A program made the position numbers and the translations under genes. From positions 410,378,001 through 410,442,000 of the forward strand of contig OZ024740.1 of assembly GCA_964016885.1 (NCBI GenBank): 64,000 bases of DNA, read 5' to 3'. This DNA is from Eledone cirrhosa. Lineage: Eukaryota. Under the pieces are notes generated by a model, which was given only the letters and a program-made list of their open reading frames with translations, was not told the DNA's origin and ran no database searches. Shown here in pieces: positions 38,303-52,104 of the stretch (positions are counted from its first letter, which is position 1; each line of letters begins with the position of its first letter).

Positions 38303-38490
38303 CGAAGGAGGTGTGGTAAGGAACCAGATGGACCATAACGCACCAAAGTACTCAATACTTAGAGTAGTAGAGTGGGTAATAGGAAAAAGTTTAACCCGAC
38401 GGCAGAGCTCAAGCCGTTTCGACGGCTATTTCTGGACTAGCCGTCGAAACGGCTTGAGCTCTGCCGTCGGGGTAAAATTTTTTCCTATGT
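38299..38490 (+). repeat. Family B copy with terminal hairpin of about 48 bp
   Basis: cccgacggcagagctcaagccgtttcgacggcta tttctggac tagccgtcgaaacggcttgagctctgccgtcggg. Confidence 0.9.
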
Positions 38491-38765
38491 ATATGTATAT
38501 ATATAAATATATATATAGAGAGAGAGAAAGAGAGAAAGATGGGGGAGAAAGAAGGAGACAACCGTAAGGTGTTATACCTGAGAGAACATTAAGTGAAAGA
38601 AACACTCTTACAACTGATAACTTTATAACACCACATGATTTTATTGGTTTCAGCTTCTCTACAGAAATAAGAGATATCATATAAACAGATACTAATGTAG
38701 TGTTATATCATTATTATCCAAATATATTGGTCTTCAACTCATATAAAGCTGTCTCACCATCTGTT

Positions 38766-38823
38766 GATTATTACGCAGTTCACTAACACATATACACACG
38801 TGCGCGCACACCTCAATCATATA

Positions 38824-38888
<65 letters not shown>

Positions 38889-38940
38889 GATTGAGGTGCA
38901 CGCGCACGTGCGTATATGTTTTTGTGAACTGCGTAATATC
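38766..38940. repeat. Inverted repeat (about 55-bp arms) around a (TA)n spacer
   Basis: attacgcagttcac...cacctcaatcat pairs with atgattgaggtgca...gtgaactgcgtaat. Confidence 0.85.
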
Positions 38941-38961
38941 TATATATATTATATATATATA

Positions 38962-38995
<34 letters not shown>

Positions 38996-39123
38996 ATATA
39001 TTTAATCTATTATTTTAATATATATATATATATATTAATGTATATATATATACATTAATTAAATAGCTCTGTAGCATACACAGAGCACTCTCCTTTCCTT
39101 TATCCTTTTTACGGAAACACTTC

Positions 39124-39169
<46 letters not shown>

Positions 39170-39353
39170 TAAAGTTTGAGCAAAGAATCGCTGCTTTCAC
39201 CCTTAACGATTCTTTGCTTAAACATTAATCTGTTATTTTAATAAATATTTGCTGTACGGTTTTTATATATTTTAATATATATATTACCCTTATCGAGCCC
39301 TCTTCGGATTTTAGTCTTCACATTTATTATTATTACTATATATATATATATAT

Positions 39354-39543
39354 AACCAAGGAGGTGTGGTAAGGAACCAGATGGACCATACCGCCACCAG
39401 AGTACTCAATACTTAGTGTAGTAGAGTAGGTAATAGGAAAAAGTTAAACCCCGACGGCAGAGCTCAAGCCGTTTCGACGGCTATTTCTGAAGCTGAAATA
39501 GCCGTCGAAACGGCTTCAGCTCTGTCGTCGGGGTTAATCCTTT

Positions 39544-39550
<7 letters not shown>
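39354..39550 (+). repeat. Family B copy with terminal hairpin
   Basis: ccccgacggcagagctcaagccgtttcgacggctatttc tgaagct gaaatagccgtcgaaacggcttcagctctgtcgtcgggg. Confidence 0.9.
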
Positions 39551-39581
<31 letters not shown>

Positions 39582-39583
<2 letters not shown>

Positions 39584-41246
39584 AGGAGGTTATAGTTCAC
39601 TTGAAGCATTGTGTAATGAGGTATAAACGTTTGAATATGTGTAATAAGGCCAAAACAATGCAGGTATGGACATAGAAAAAAGAATGCAATAGTAAAAGAT
39701 ATTGTTGAGAATTCGTCTTTCACCTTGAATTTATTTAAATGTCCTTAATTTTCGAGATAATATCTCTTCTTCGGAGGGAAATAAAGGTCTCAAACCAGCG
39801 TCTTAAATCTCTAGCCAAGCCATGCTGACCGGAAATAGTATAGAGTATCTGTTCTAACTCTAATATCAAAGAATTAAAATTAGGTGGATAAAGAGTAGTC
39901 TCCCTTTAAGAGGGGTTTGTTTAGGGTTTTTTTTTTTTTTTTTTTTTTTAAATTTTATATACGTGCCTGTATATGTGTGTGGGAGAATGCATGAAGGTGT
40001 AGGTATGTGGGTGTGTGTGTGTTAGTGTGGGAAGATAGGTCTAATCGTAAAAGTGGGGGGTAGGTGTTATCTGGTGTTAGAACTGGTTTTGTGTGTGTAT
40101 GTGTGAGAGAGAATAAGTGGAGGTGTAAGCGTGTGTGTGTGCGCGTGCGTGTGTGTGGGGTGTGTAAATATGGGGCTAGAGGCCCTATCAGGTTATAAAT
40201 TGGGTGTTGAGCTCTAGTCTATTATTGATTGGTGGATGTGTTTTATCTATAATAAGTGCTTCCTTAATTCTAAGATTGCCGAGGTTTCTTTCCTTAGTTT
40301 CTATCCTAACTGTTATGTTTTTATCGGTGTTTTTGCATTTAACTAGGTGTTTCTTAAATGAGGAAGCGTTAGTATTGAGGTGTTCTTTTATTCTTATGTG
40401 GAGTGGTCTGGTGGTGCTACCTACGTAGAAGTTGTTGCATTTGTCACACTCTAGTCTGTATGCAACAACTTCTACGTAGGTAGCACCACCAGACCACTCC
40501 ACATAAGAATAAAAGAACACCTCAATACTAACGCTTCCTCATTTAAGAAACACCTAGTTAAATGCAAAAACACCGATAAAAACATAACAGTTAGGATAGA
40601 AACTAAGGAAAGAAACCTCGGCAATCTTAGAATTAAGGAAGCACTTATTATAGATAAAACACATCCACCAATCAATAATAGACTAGAGCTCAACACCCAA
40701 TTTATAACCTGATAGGGCCTCTAGCCCCATATTTACACACCCCACACACACGCTTACACCTCCACTTATTCTCTCTCACACATACACACACAAAACCAGT
40801 TCTAACACCAGATAACACCTACTCCCCACTTTTACGATTAGACCTATCTTCCCACACTCACACACACACACCCACATACCTACACCTTCATGCATTCTCC
40901 CACACACATATACAGGCACGTATATAAAATAAAAAAAAAAAAAAAAAAACCTAAACAAACCCCTCTTAAAGGGAGACTACTCTTTATCCACCTAATTTTA
41001 ATTCTTTGATATTAGAGTTAGAACAGATACTCTATACTATTTCCGGTCAGCATGGCTTGGCTAGAGATTTAAGACGCTGGTTTGAGACCTTTATTTCCCT
41101 CCGAAGAAGAGATATTATCTCGAAAATTAAGGACATTTAAATAAATTCAAGGTGAAAGACGAATTCTCAACAATATCTTTTACTATTGCATTCTTTTTTC
41201 TATGTCCATACCTGCATTGTTTTGGCCTTATTACACATATTCAAAC

Positions 41247-41248
<2 letters not shown>
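39582..41248 (-). mobile_element. Penelope-like 3' fragment arranged as a 1.6-kb fold-back
   Basis: Arms at about 39627-40440 and 40460-41248 with a 19-bp spacer. Encodes GIY-YIG AYRLECDKCNNFYVGSTTRPLHIRIKEH...LRIKEALII...PPIN. TA flanks. Confidence 0.92.
41098..41132 (+). ncRNA. Minimal hammerhead (CCGAAGA variant; mirror copy at 39743-39777 on the minus strand)
   Basis: cct-CCGAAGA-a-GAGAT att ATCTC-GAAAA-TTA-agg. Confidence 0.6.
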
Positions 41249-41280
<32 letters not shown>

Positions 41281-42361
41281 GAACATTCGGTTGAATTGAG
41301 AAATATTTGGAAAATTTGAAATCTGAAATGTAGTCGTTCCAACGTAAATGATTATAACAACAGTCACTCACTGAACAAAATGTGGTAAATTATTCGCGGA
41401 GACGGACAAAAATTATGCAGTGGCACCAACTGGGTGAGTGTATTAACCAGTAGGGTAAGGTGTCGCTGACCATCAATTGTTGTCATTTAAGAGATTTTAA
41501 GCTTGTTGCTAGAAGTGTGAACATCCGGTGGACTTACAAAGCATTCGGGAAATTTGAAATTTAATGTATCGATCAGTTTCTTAATACTAATTTCCTCTCA
41601 CAAAGCATTGGCCAACCCTTCAGTACACACAATACAATAGAAAGCTGTGACATGTGATTACGACGAAGACTTTTTACCACTCGGCTCTACCTACAACATT
41701 CATTCTCTTCCTTCATAACCTATGTGAGCTCAACTTTGCTTTTCATCCATTCAAGGTCAATAAAAACTACCAGTCTAATACTGAGGTCGATTCTTCCTCT
41801 ATACCTCTTTCTCAATGCCCTTTTCTCACTCTATCTTTCTCAGTAAGAAATCTGCTATATTCACACCTGGAGAGGAGATGGGCTCTGTCAGGTTTAAAAA
41901 TGTCCTACAATTGCTATATGTCAATACGGCGTCCCTACGACACCCCCAGGAGTTACAAGACCATGCTTGCATATCGTATGTATGCATTAGTTTACTCTCT
42001 TGGAAGAGAAAATGAATGATCTAGAAAGGTTCAAGAAATCACTGTTGTTTCACTAAAGTACAAACTGATTGTATAAGTTTCGATTTACTTAAAGTCAACA
42101 TAGCAGTATTGTTTAAAGTTGCTTATTTGTACATCGATTTCCCAAACGAATCAATATGCCGTATTTTTGTTGTTAGATGTCTTGTAAGTGTTGTTTAGCT
42201 ACTTGTGAATGTCTTGAAATAATAAATACCTGTCTTTATATTTCTCATCCCTTTGTTTCACACTTACTTGCCCACTAAGACTCACTCACAGTTGCAATTT
42301 TATTATAATGCATTCACTCACACATACACATTACACATATATACGGGTTTATGTCTGTGTG

Positions 42362-42961
<600 letters not shown>

Positions 42962-43559
42962 GAGTTTTTTTCGGAATGTTTTTTGACTGTTGTTTCTTGT
43001 AAACAAACTTTCGTCTCATTCTGACGTCAATAGCCATTTTTTCCTCATGTGCGTTTTTCGTGATCACGCATGATGTTGGACTGGCCAGCTTTAGAATTCC
43101 CTTTTTTGGCATATTAATCTGCGAGAATCCTGGTTATCGAGTTGAGCTCTGCTGATGATGAGTTACAACCGTGACCATCTCCGCTGAAAGTTTTCATGAA
43201 ATAGTCTTACGACTATACAGAGCATTTGAAGTTTTTCCAAATTGAAGGATAGGTATCTTGAACTTTATTTTATCATGAGTTAAGACTCTATTGATTTTTC
43301 CCTGGATTTCACTAAATTCTGTGGATGAATTTATATCCTGATTCTCTTTAAGATGAGTTTAAATTATTTTTCCCACATCTTACGTTAACTATTTTTCCCA
43401 TTTTGACGCTATAGTCACTTATATACTATGGAATGCTGTTCGCTTTTCGCTGCAGTGTTTTCTATACCTTTCATTTATATATATAATATATATATATATA
43501 TGTGAATATATATAACATATATATAATATATATATAATATATATATATAACATATATAT

Positions 43560-43645
<86 letters not shown>

Positions 43646-43821
43646 TAATAAATTATAAAATCGATTCTGTTTACGTAGAAATATAAATTTTGTGCTTAGA
43701 AACCGAATAGAGGTGGAACGGATATAAAAAAGAAATAATGTTTGTGTAGAGCTATATTGATGTGTGAGAAATGTAAATAGAAGCGGAGGGTGACATACAG
43801 ATAGGAAATAGTGAGGGAGAA

Positions 43822-43869
<48 letters not shown>

Positions 43870-45809
43870 GGGGGGGGTTGCAGAAAGAGAAGAAATATAC
43901 TTTGCAAACGGCATAATGTATCTTGTGACGTAATGGAAATAGCAGACGATATAATGTATCTTGTGACGTAATTGAAAGAGCTAATGAGATATCACGCGAC
44001 TGAGAGAATAAAAATCACTATTTTCTCGTATGTCATAGGAATAATTTTATTCTGATGATAATTACTTATTAAACATATTTGCTGAAGAATATTAGGAAAG
44101 TAAAATAATATAATGTTGGTACAGAAGCAGGTACTGAAATCTATACACTATATTATTAAGTGGGTTGTCAAAGAGGTAGATACCAATAAAGAGAGCAAAG
44201 GTAGAGCACAAATACGAAATAGGAGCGCAAATGACAAAAAAAAAATAAAGTGTAAGCATCTTGAATAGAGGTCTACACTATTTCAATAGTTAGAATGCAG
44301 TCAGATAATATCATTTTACCGGGGCTCCGAAGATTACGCTTACTTGCAGTAATGCCTGGGTTTTGGGGTGGCTAAAATGGAGGAGGAAATTTGATGTTGT
44401 TTTTGTTGATGTTGTGTGTGTGAAGGTGTGTTTCTGTGTTTGTGTGGGAAGTGAGATTTTGGCTGTCAAGGTGGTGTCAAATGTTGCTATTTCGGCAGTG
44501 GAAATTTAGATTCTTCTCTCTTAAAGTCTTATGGAATAGTAAGCTTCAGCAAATCTAGGAATACAAAAAGTACAATTACTTTGCATGGAGTTAATAGCAT
44601 ACACATTGTGCGTCATATACAATCTTTCCTAGATAGGCATGAAATACGTTTGTAAATAAATACGATTCATTGGTTGACGGTGGTAAATTTCTTCTAGAAG
44701 CTATATACGTTATGTCTAACCATTACAGCAACAGGATAATCTGTAGAAGAGATGAATAGATGGGTTTACTATATGGAGTGACTTTAGCAGAAAGAACGTC
44801 TCAGGATTATCTAGGCTGAACATGTCCAGCCGTAGGTTATCAATATGTTATTAGCAACTATCATTAAAAATTAAACAAAAGAACTAATAGGCTAATATAA
44901 TTGTGCAACATTTCTGCCTCTTGATTAACTCCAGCCGGGACTCTAACGACATCACAAGCACACACCTTATATTCTATCGCAAAGTTTGTGTTTATATTAA
45001 AAGACCCTGTACTTACTACCATTACATATCATATCCCGTCTTCCACAGCACATATGGAGCTCAATACATGAAATGTCTTCCCACGACACTGTTAGTAATG
45101 ACAGTCGGCAATGACAATAAGAACATGAAATTAGTTATGAAGATGAAACTTTAATCACTCGATCGTTGCGGCGTCTCATTGAAACATTTCATAATAGGGA
45201 AAGAAAAAAAAGAGACGAAAGAGAAGTGAAATAAGATGGAAAAGATGATGGAATACGAGAAATAGAATAGTTTTTTTCTCTTTTTCTAAACAATCTATAT
45301 ATTATTGTATCGAAGTTATCTAATGGAAATCTTTCAATAAGGTTGTATAATATAATAGAGAGATGCGTGATATAGTCAATGTATTTCTATCGGGCTAATA
45401 TATCTGTAGTGACTACTGTGTCAGAATTGAAATATGTCGGACTAAAAAAACAACAAAAAAACCCCAAAACAAAACCAAAGAACAATATATTGTACTATTT
45501 TGAGATAACCAGAAGTCCTTTGAACATTATAGAACGGTACAAAATAAAAAAAAAAATGCTATTCACATTTCCTATTAATTTTTCTTTTTTCCTTTCTGGA
45601 ATAATATACCTGGGGTGTCAACAGGAGCCAAATAGCTGATTTATTCTGTTCACTTTTAAATGTGAGGAAACATCAGCTAAACATCTAGTCAAGTATCGAA
45701 AGAATCGATAAACAGTACTTGGAGCGAAAAGGGTAAATAGAGGTATGTGTAAGTAATAACGTGAGCAGAGAAACTCACATAAATGCACCTGAGTTTATGT
45801 GTGTCTCTA

Positions 45810-45930
45810 TCTACCCACCTGAAATAAAGACATCTACCCACCTGAAATAAAGATATCTACCCACCTGAAATAAAGATATCTACCCACCTGAAATAAAGAA
45901 ACCTACCTACCTGAAATAAAGAAATCTACC
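45810..45930 (+). repeat. 23-bp minisatellite (tctacccacctgaaataaagata, about 5 copies) followed by (CTAT)n
   Basis: Read directly from the sequence. Confidence 0.9.
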
Positions 45931-45996
45931 CCCCCCCTCTCTCTCTCTCTCTCTATCTATCTATCTACCTACCTACCTACCTACCTATCTACCTAC

Positions 45997-46064
<68 letters not shown>

Positions 46065-46164
46065 TTATCTATCTACCTGCGCCCTTGTGGCAAATAAAGA
46101 AATATATCTATCTATCTACCTGTATGTATATTTTATATGTACATTCTATCTATCTATCTATCTA

Positions 46165-46672
46165 ACCGCCACCCTCCTTCAAACACGAAGGAGAGGCGGT
46201 TTTCCTTTGTGTGATAGCTATGGGAAAGAGGTTGTATGGTGGACAAGGTTAAAAGGGCTGAGGTCAGACACCTTTCTCTCCGGCCAACAACTGATTCTTT
46301 TTTTCAAATACCACTTTGGAAGAAGAATCAGGATGGAGAGAGAGGTGCTGTACCCCAGCAAGTTTTATGAAAGGTGGGTGAAAGTGGTGAGAATGGCCCC
46401 AGTGAATGGGCCTTCTCTCTATATCAGCCTGTAGGTTGAGGAAAAAGAGGAAGAGAGGAAAGGAGTACAAACTCTTCGTACTCCTGGAGATGAGGGTTGC
46501 ACATTTTTTCGGGGGTATGTGTTACCCATATGAAATGTCTCCCCCTATTGGGGAAAATCGATTAATTTTTAAATTGCATTTGTAACAGTATTTTACACGT
46601 TTTTATTGTATGTAAACTTCCCCCTTTGTATTTGTCCCCTTCTTTTGTGCCCCTGTGGCTAATAAAGAAACA
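46165..46672 (+). mobile_element. 3' end of an L1/Tx1-like LINE inserted in (CTAT)n
   Basis: Reading frame KEVVWWTRLKG...FFKYHFGRRIRMERE...FYERW, then a 3' UTR ending in AATAAAGAAA and (ctat)n. A second short tail lies at about 46078-46105. Confidence 0.55.
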
Positions 46673-46695
46673 TATCTATCTATCTATCTATCTAA

Positions 46696-46726
<31 letters not shown>

Positions 46727-47104
46727 CCTGTATGTATATTTTATATGTACATACATTCATAGAAGTATGCACACACATACACACATACACACATACACAT
46801 ATACACATATACACATATACATATATGTGTACACTTGATGAGTGTTTGTTATTAACATGTGAGTCATTTGTGTTGTGTCATATGTATTGTTGCTGCTGGG
46901 CAGGGATGATTACACTGCCAGAAATAACGATTTCTTTACTCCCCTCAAACAAATGATAACAAACAGTATATAATACTACTAGTATTTTTTATTAGTATTT
47001 GAGTTGTTGCTATAGTAGTTTGTAAAAAAAAAAGAACCATCATCATTGTTGACGTCGTCATTGTCGTTTTGATCATATCTATCGAAGACCCCCCCCCCCC
47101 GCAT

Positions 47105-47205
47105 CCTCTTCATCATCATCATCATCGTCGTCATCGTCAACATCATCGTCATCATCATCATCATCATCATCGTCATCGTCATCGTCATCATCGTCATCAT
47201 CATCG

Positions 47206-47243
<38 letters not shown>

Positions 47244-47262
47244 GTCATCATCATCATTATCA
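47105..47262. repeat. (CAT/CGT)n trinucleotide repeat
   Basis: Read directly from the sequence. Confidence 0.95.
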
Positions 47263-47811
47263 GCAAGTAGCAGCAACAGAAGCAACACAAACCGGTGGTA
47301 ACACCAAATCTAGTAGGGGGTATCGATAATAAATTCTTTTCTCTTTGAGATACAGTCAAATTTTCCTGGTATGTGATAATAGTAGTGTGAACAGAAAACC
47401 ACTATAGTACTATAACTGATTTTATAAAAGAAAAGCAAAGCGGATTAGTTGCGTGATTCTCAATGCAAAAACAATTAGTTTGGCTAATTTACAGAGTTCG
47501 AAATAAACGCAAGTTTTATTTAAATGTCACCGCCTTTTCTTCCTCCACAGTATCACCTGATCACTGCCTAATAATCATATCTGCATCTTCACACTAGTCA
47601 GCTAATACCTGATACTAAATGTTCTTCACCTTTAAAGTGACCGAAAAGTATATCTTCATATTGCTCACACATAGCTTGACAATCACGCCTGACCTTCAGT
47701 AAAATACACGAACACTGCCTACAACATACAAAGATACACACGAAACCATCACGGAGGAAACTCTTTATCAACATTAACTTTGAGGCATTTTAAAATCAAC
47801 AATCAAACTAA

Positions 47812-48000
47812 TAATTGTTTCTACTTTTGGCACAAGTCTAGCAATTACCCCCAGCGCATTACTGGTACTTTATTTTATGGACTCTGTAAGGATAAAAGGC
47901 AAAGTTAACCCCATCGGGATTTGAACTCAGACCGCAAAGTGCCGTAATTCTTTGCTATAAAGCATGGCGTCCGACCCTCTACCGATACTGCCAATCCACC
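47812..48000 (-). mobile_element. S1 SINE
   Basis: Reverse-complement full-length match. Confidence 0.9.
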
Positions 48001-49354
48001 AAATAGTAATGTTTTAGATCCAGCTTCATATTTGCATAGACTCATCAAAACTTCTCTTAAGCTCCCATTCGCCCAAATGGTCTCACATAGTGGCCACGTA
48101 CGAAAGCTATATTAATCTGTATAATCCCACTTACCCTTAAAAAATGACACAAGTTTTAAATTTAAACTAAACTTTAATGAAATTATTTTTAAACATCATT
48201 AGCGCTGAAAGTCATGTAAACTTATTTTATTCGGTAAATAGGACTGGATATTAGAAACCTATTGAACCTCTTGGTTCACTGTAATCTATAATTGATAGTA
48301 GCAGTAGTGGTACTAACAGAAGGATTAGGTATAATGTTGAAGGAGTGGTGTGTATATCTGTGTGCCAAAGTAAGTATGTGTTGTATTCACTTAATAGTGA
48401 GCTGTTGTGTTGAGCTGTGCTGTTGCCACTAGACGTGTGATTATCTGATTTGTTGATCAGCTCAGGTATCAGTTGCTGTTGTTATATATTTGCGTGTTCT
48501 TCACTAGCAGGAGAGAATCACACCCGAGGGAGATTTCAATTCAACTGATATAGTTGGTTTTGATGCTTTTATCCGTTCTTTTTTTGTTTGATATATTGAA
48601 CGTATTTCATTGTTTCTCTGTGAATGACATTTAGGAAGCATCACTGAAAAGCTATAGCAAGGTGAATAGGTGAAATTTCTTAGTATTTGTAGCTGTGGAT
48701 TGGGTATTATTTCTGATTACTGTGTTAAAGTAGTCTACCAGGGAGTAAAACTGAATTAATGATTGTCCATCGGTATTTGCTTTGCTTTTGATATTAAATA
48801 GAGTTTGGTTTTGTAAACATAATACCTGGTACATGAAAGGAGAGAAAATATCCATTGTAATGAGTATAAATGCCAAGGCATGTATAATATTTCAAAATAT
48901 TGAAATATTTTGTAGGTATGTATGTTACAGTATTTGAGACATTAAACCGAACCTGTTACTGAATAGAATATATATGTGCAATTATTGATTTTTAACATAT
49001 GAAAGCCAAGCATTGCAAATGTTACTTGTGAGGAAATATATAGAATGGTATGTTAAAACATTAGAAAATGTTAGACATATGTGATAAACTATAGCATGTT
49101 GCTAGCAAACAGTGAAGCTTACAATCAAATTCATAACCAATATTTTCTATTTTCTTCTTTCTTTCTGACTATCAGATCAACTGGAACACTCGTCGGAATT
49201 GACGGAGGTTCAATACACACATATGACACAAATTGAGCCACACCTTAACATAAATTTGATTTTAAAAACGTTTAGGAAGATCATATATATCCCAAGGTAG
49301 CTTTAGTGAGTTGAAGTACCAATGAAATTTTACCCAAGTCACATTTTAACCATT

Positions 49355-49512
49355 ATAATTGTTTCTACTTTTGGCACAAGGCCAGCAATTATCCAGTACA
49401 TTACTGGTACTTTATTTTATCGACCCCGTAAGGATGAAAGGCAAAGTTAACCTTGGCGGGATTTGAACTCAGACCGTAAAGGGACGTAACTATGCTAGAA
49501 AGCATGGCGTCC
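49355..49512 (-). mobile_element. S1 SINE, 5'-truncated, TSD aaccattataatt
   Basis: Reverse-complement match with a duplicated flank. Confidence 0.9.
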
Positions 49513-51107
49513 AACCATTATAATTAAGGATGACGCATTTGAAAAACAAAATGGAACGTCTATGATGATAGAACTGCTCAATCAGGACTGACCTGGGACA
49601 AAACAACAATATAACAAGTTAATTAATTTAATATTTAAACTTTCATTCATACTCACACACGGTCCCTATCTCTTTGTGATAACTACAACGTTCTCTGCTC
49701 TAAATTAACGTATTAATGTACACTATCTCAGGAATTACCTCATCCTTCTGTTATAGATAAATACCGCAAGGATTCTGCAAATTCACCGCCTAAGTGCATC
49801 TATGCTTGAAAAGTTAAACTTATATCTGTATTAATCTTATCCATATTAATCTTCTACAATGTATGGACGTTTAGAAGGGTTATTGTTAACGCCCTTTCAG
49901 TTTTGATTAAAATTCATGTGATGGTAATGTACTAGATTTGATTATTTTACAGGTTCTGATCTATTTCGAATTTAAGTTGCGTCGAATTTGACTATTTTTT
50001 GCATTTTTGTGTTATTAATTGGAAATTCACTTGGATCTATTGAAACAATTGTATTATAAGTGAAAACATTGTCGCATCCTCCATAAGTATAGAATTCTAA
50101 TGAACTTAGACAATACTAATTTTGTGAGTTCATCGGAGTTTCATTTGTAATCTCATTGATGATGCGTTTATTATAGATGGGCTTTCTGTAAGTTGGGGAA
50201 ATTTAATTCAGAATGCAGCGAAGCCAGGATAAATCATTACAAGTCGGCTCGGTTGACGCTTTAACAATTCTGTCAATCAAGTGTCCTGGACTGGTAGCTT
50301 ATTTATCGACCCTGAAAGGATAAGAAGTGTTATGTTAACTTTGGTGTGATTTGAGCTGAAAGTGAAGAGATTTGGAACAAATATCGCAAGACGTTCTATC
50401 CGACGCTCTAAATCTTTTTCATAATGAGTCAACTGAAATACTGTTTGGAACGAGTAAATGAATAAAATTAGAAATATTAGGCGTCAGTTATCTTGCTAAT
50501 GTCCATAAGAAAGACATGATGGATATTGTAGACTCTCAGACTCATCTCCTAAGGATGTATAGCCTGACTCTATGTGTATGTTGTTTAGCCCCAGATCAGC
50601 CATGATTGAACAGAACTATGATCAGTTGAGCTCCAGTACGGTCCATTTCTTCATTTAAGAATATCTAAGAATATAATATTCAATGTGTTGGTCCTTCTTT
50701 TTTTTTCAAAATGGTATCATGAGATTTAGAGAGGTTTAGCTACTGTTTCCAGCAAAGGAACTTGAGACGCGCTGTATGTGTGGCAGTAAGTTATATACGA
50801 GAAGATTATACGATACAGTATCGGAACCTGGTTAAAACAACCTCATTTTCTGACATTAACATCAGTGTTACCACATCTCCTCCTCCTTCAACTCCTGTTT
50901 ATAAAAATTCAACAGACTCGAAGAGAACTTTTATCAGTGAGAAATAAAAATATTAGAGATAATAGCTGTAGCAGATATAGCATTGACTAAATTTATGTCG
51001 TCGTCGATGTCGTCTTTATCGTTGTTGTCACCATCTTCCCCACTCCTCCTCCTCACCACCACCACCACCACCACCACCACCACCACCACCACCACCACCA
51101 CCGATAC

Positions 51108-51445
51108 CATTTATTTAACCACTAACCACTAGCCACTAACTTTCATTTCTTTATGTGGAGGGAGGAAAAGCTGAAGTAATTTGGCCATTTTTTTTTAATA
51201 TTCGAGTTGTTGAAGACAGAATGCTATCAGTAGCATATCACCTCATGTGATACACAATGGTGCTTGCATTTCACGACTGTCATTCCGAATACCTCGCTAC
51301 AGCATCAGCGTATCACATGAGGGTGTTATACAACTCTAAGCATTCGGTCTTTCACACCTGGAAAAAATAACTTACCCAAATGACTTCTGCCTTTCACCCC
51401 TCGACATAAGGAGGTGAAAGTTAGAGCTAAGTGGTAAAATAAATG
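51108..51445. mobile_element. Diverged fold-back MITE-like element (about 340 bp)
   Basis: Outer arms catttatttaaccact...taactttca and tgaaagttagagctaagtggtaaaataaatg. Inner arms cctcatgtgatac and gtatcacatgagg. Confidence 0.7.
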
Positions 51446-51896
51446 CCATTAGAATACAGGGGTGGATGTAAAACTAGATTTGGATATCTTATGTCATTCC
51501 CAATATTACTACCACCGGGTGATGGCAAAATTGTTACATCGTCGGACAAATGTTTGCGGCTTTCGTTCCAGCTATTTAATTTGCCAATGTTAATTTTGCT
51601 TTTCACCCTTCCTGGGGTCGATGAAATAAAGTACCAGGGAAGAGCTGCGTAGATATAAACGACTTGTACACTTCTCCATGATTAAATGACAAGTCAGTCA
51701 ATCATATTGGTGGCCTCCCCACAGCCCCGGCGGACAGAATGAAGAAGGCGTTTCCTCCGGGGACGGCACCACAACCACAACTTCGTTGCTATTGTTAAGA
51801 TATTCGTGTCGAAACAGTCAGATATCTTTAACTTTGTGAAAGTTTTACCATTACACTACAACTGTGATATGTCTACCACAACATACTACTGCCAAT

Positions 51897-52082
51897 CAGG
51901 ATTGGCAGTATCGGTAGAGGGTCGGACGCCATGCTTTCTAGCATAGAGTTACGGCCCTTGCCATTCTGAGTTCAAATCCCGCCGAGGTTAACTTTACCTT
52001 TCATCCTTACGGGGTCGATAAAATAAAGTACCAGTAATGTACTGGGTGATTGCTGGCCTTGTGCCAGAAGTAGAAACAATTA
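51897..52082 (+). mobile_element. S1 SINE
   Basis: Full-length match. Confidence 0.9.
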
Positions 52083-52104
52083 TATCCACTACACTAACAT
52101 TAAA

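Noticed and set aside
43140-43215. CTGATGA...GAAA
   Set aside because: There is no convincing stem I, stem III or cleavage triplet.
47069-47329. Poly-His, poly-Asp and poly-Met ORFs
   Set aside because: These are translations of a (CAT)n trinucleotide repeat.
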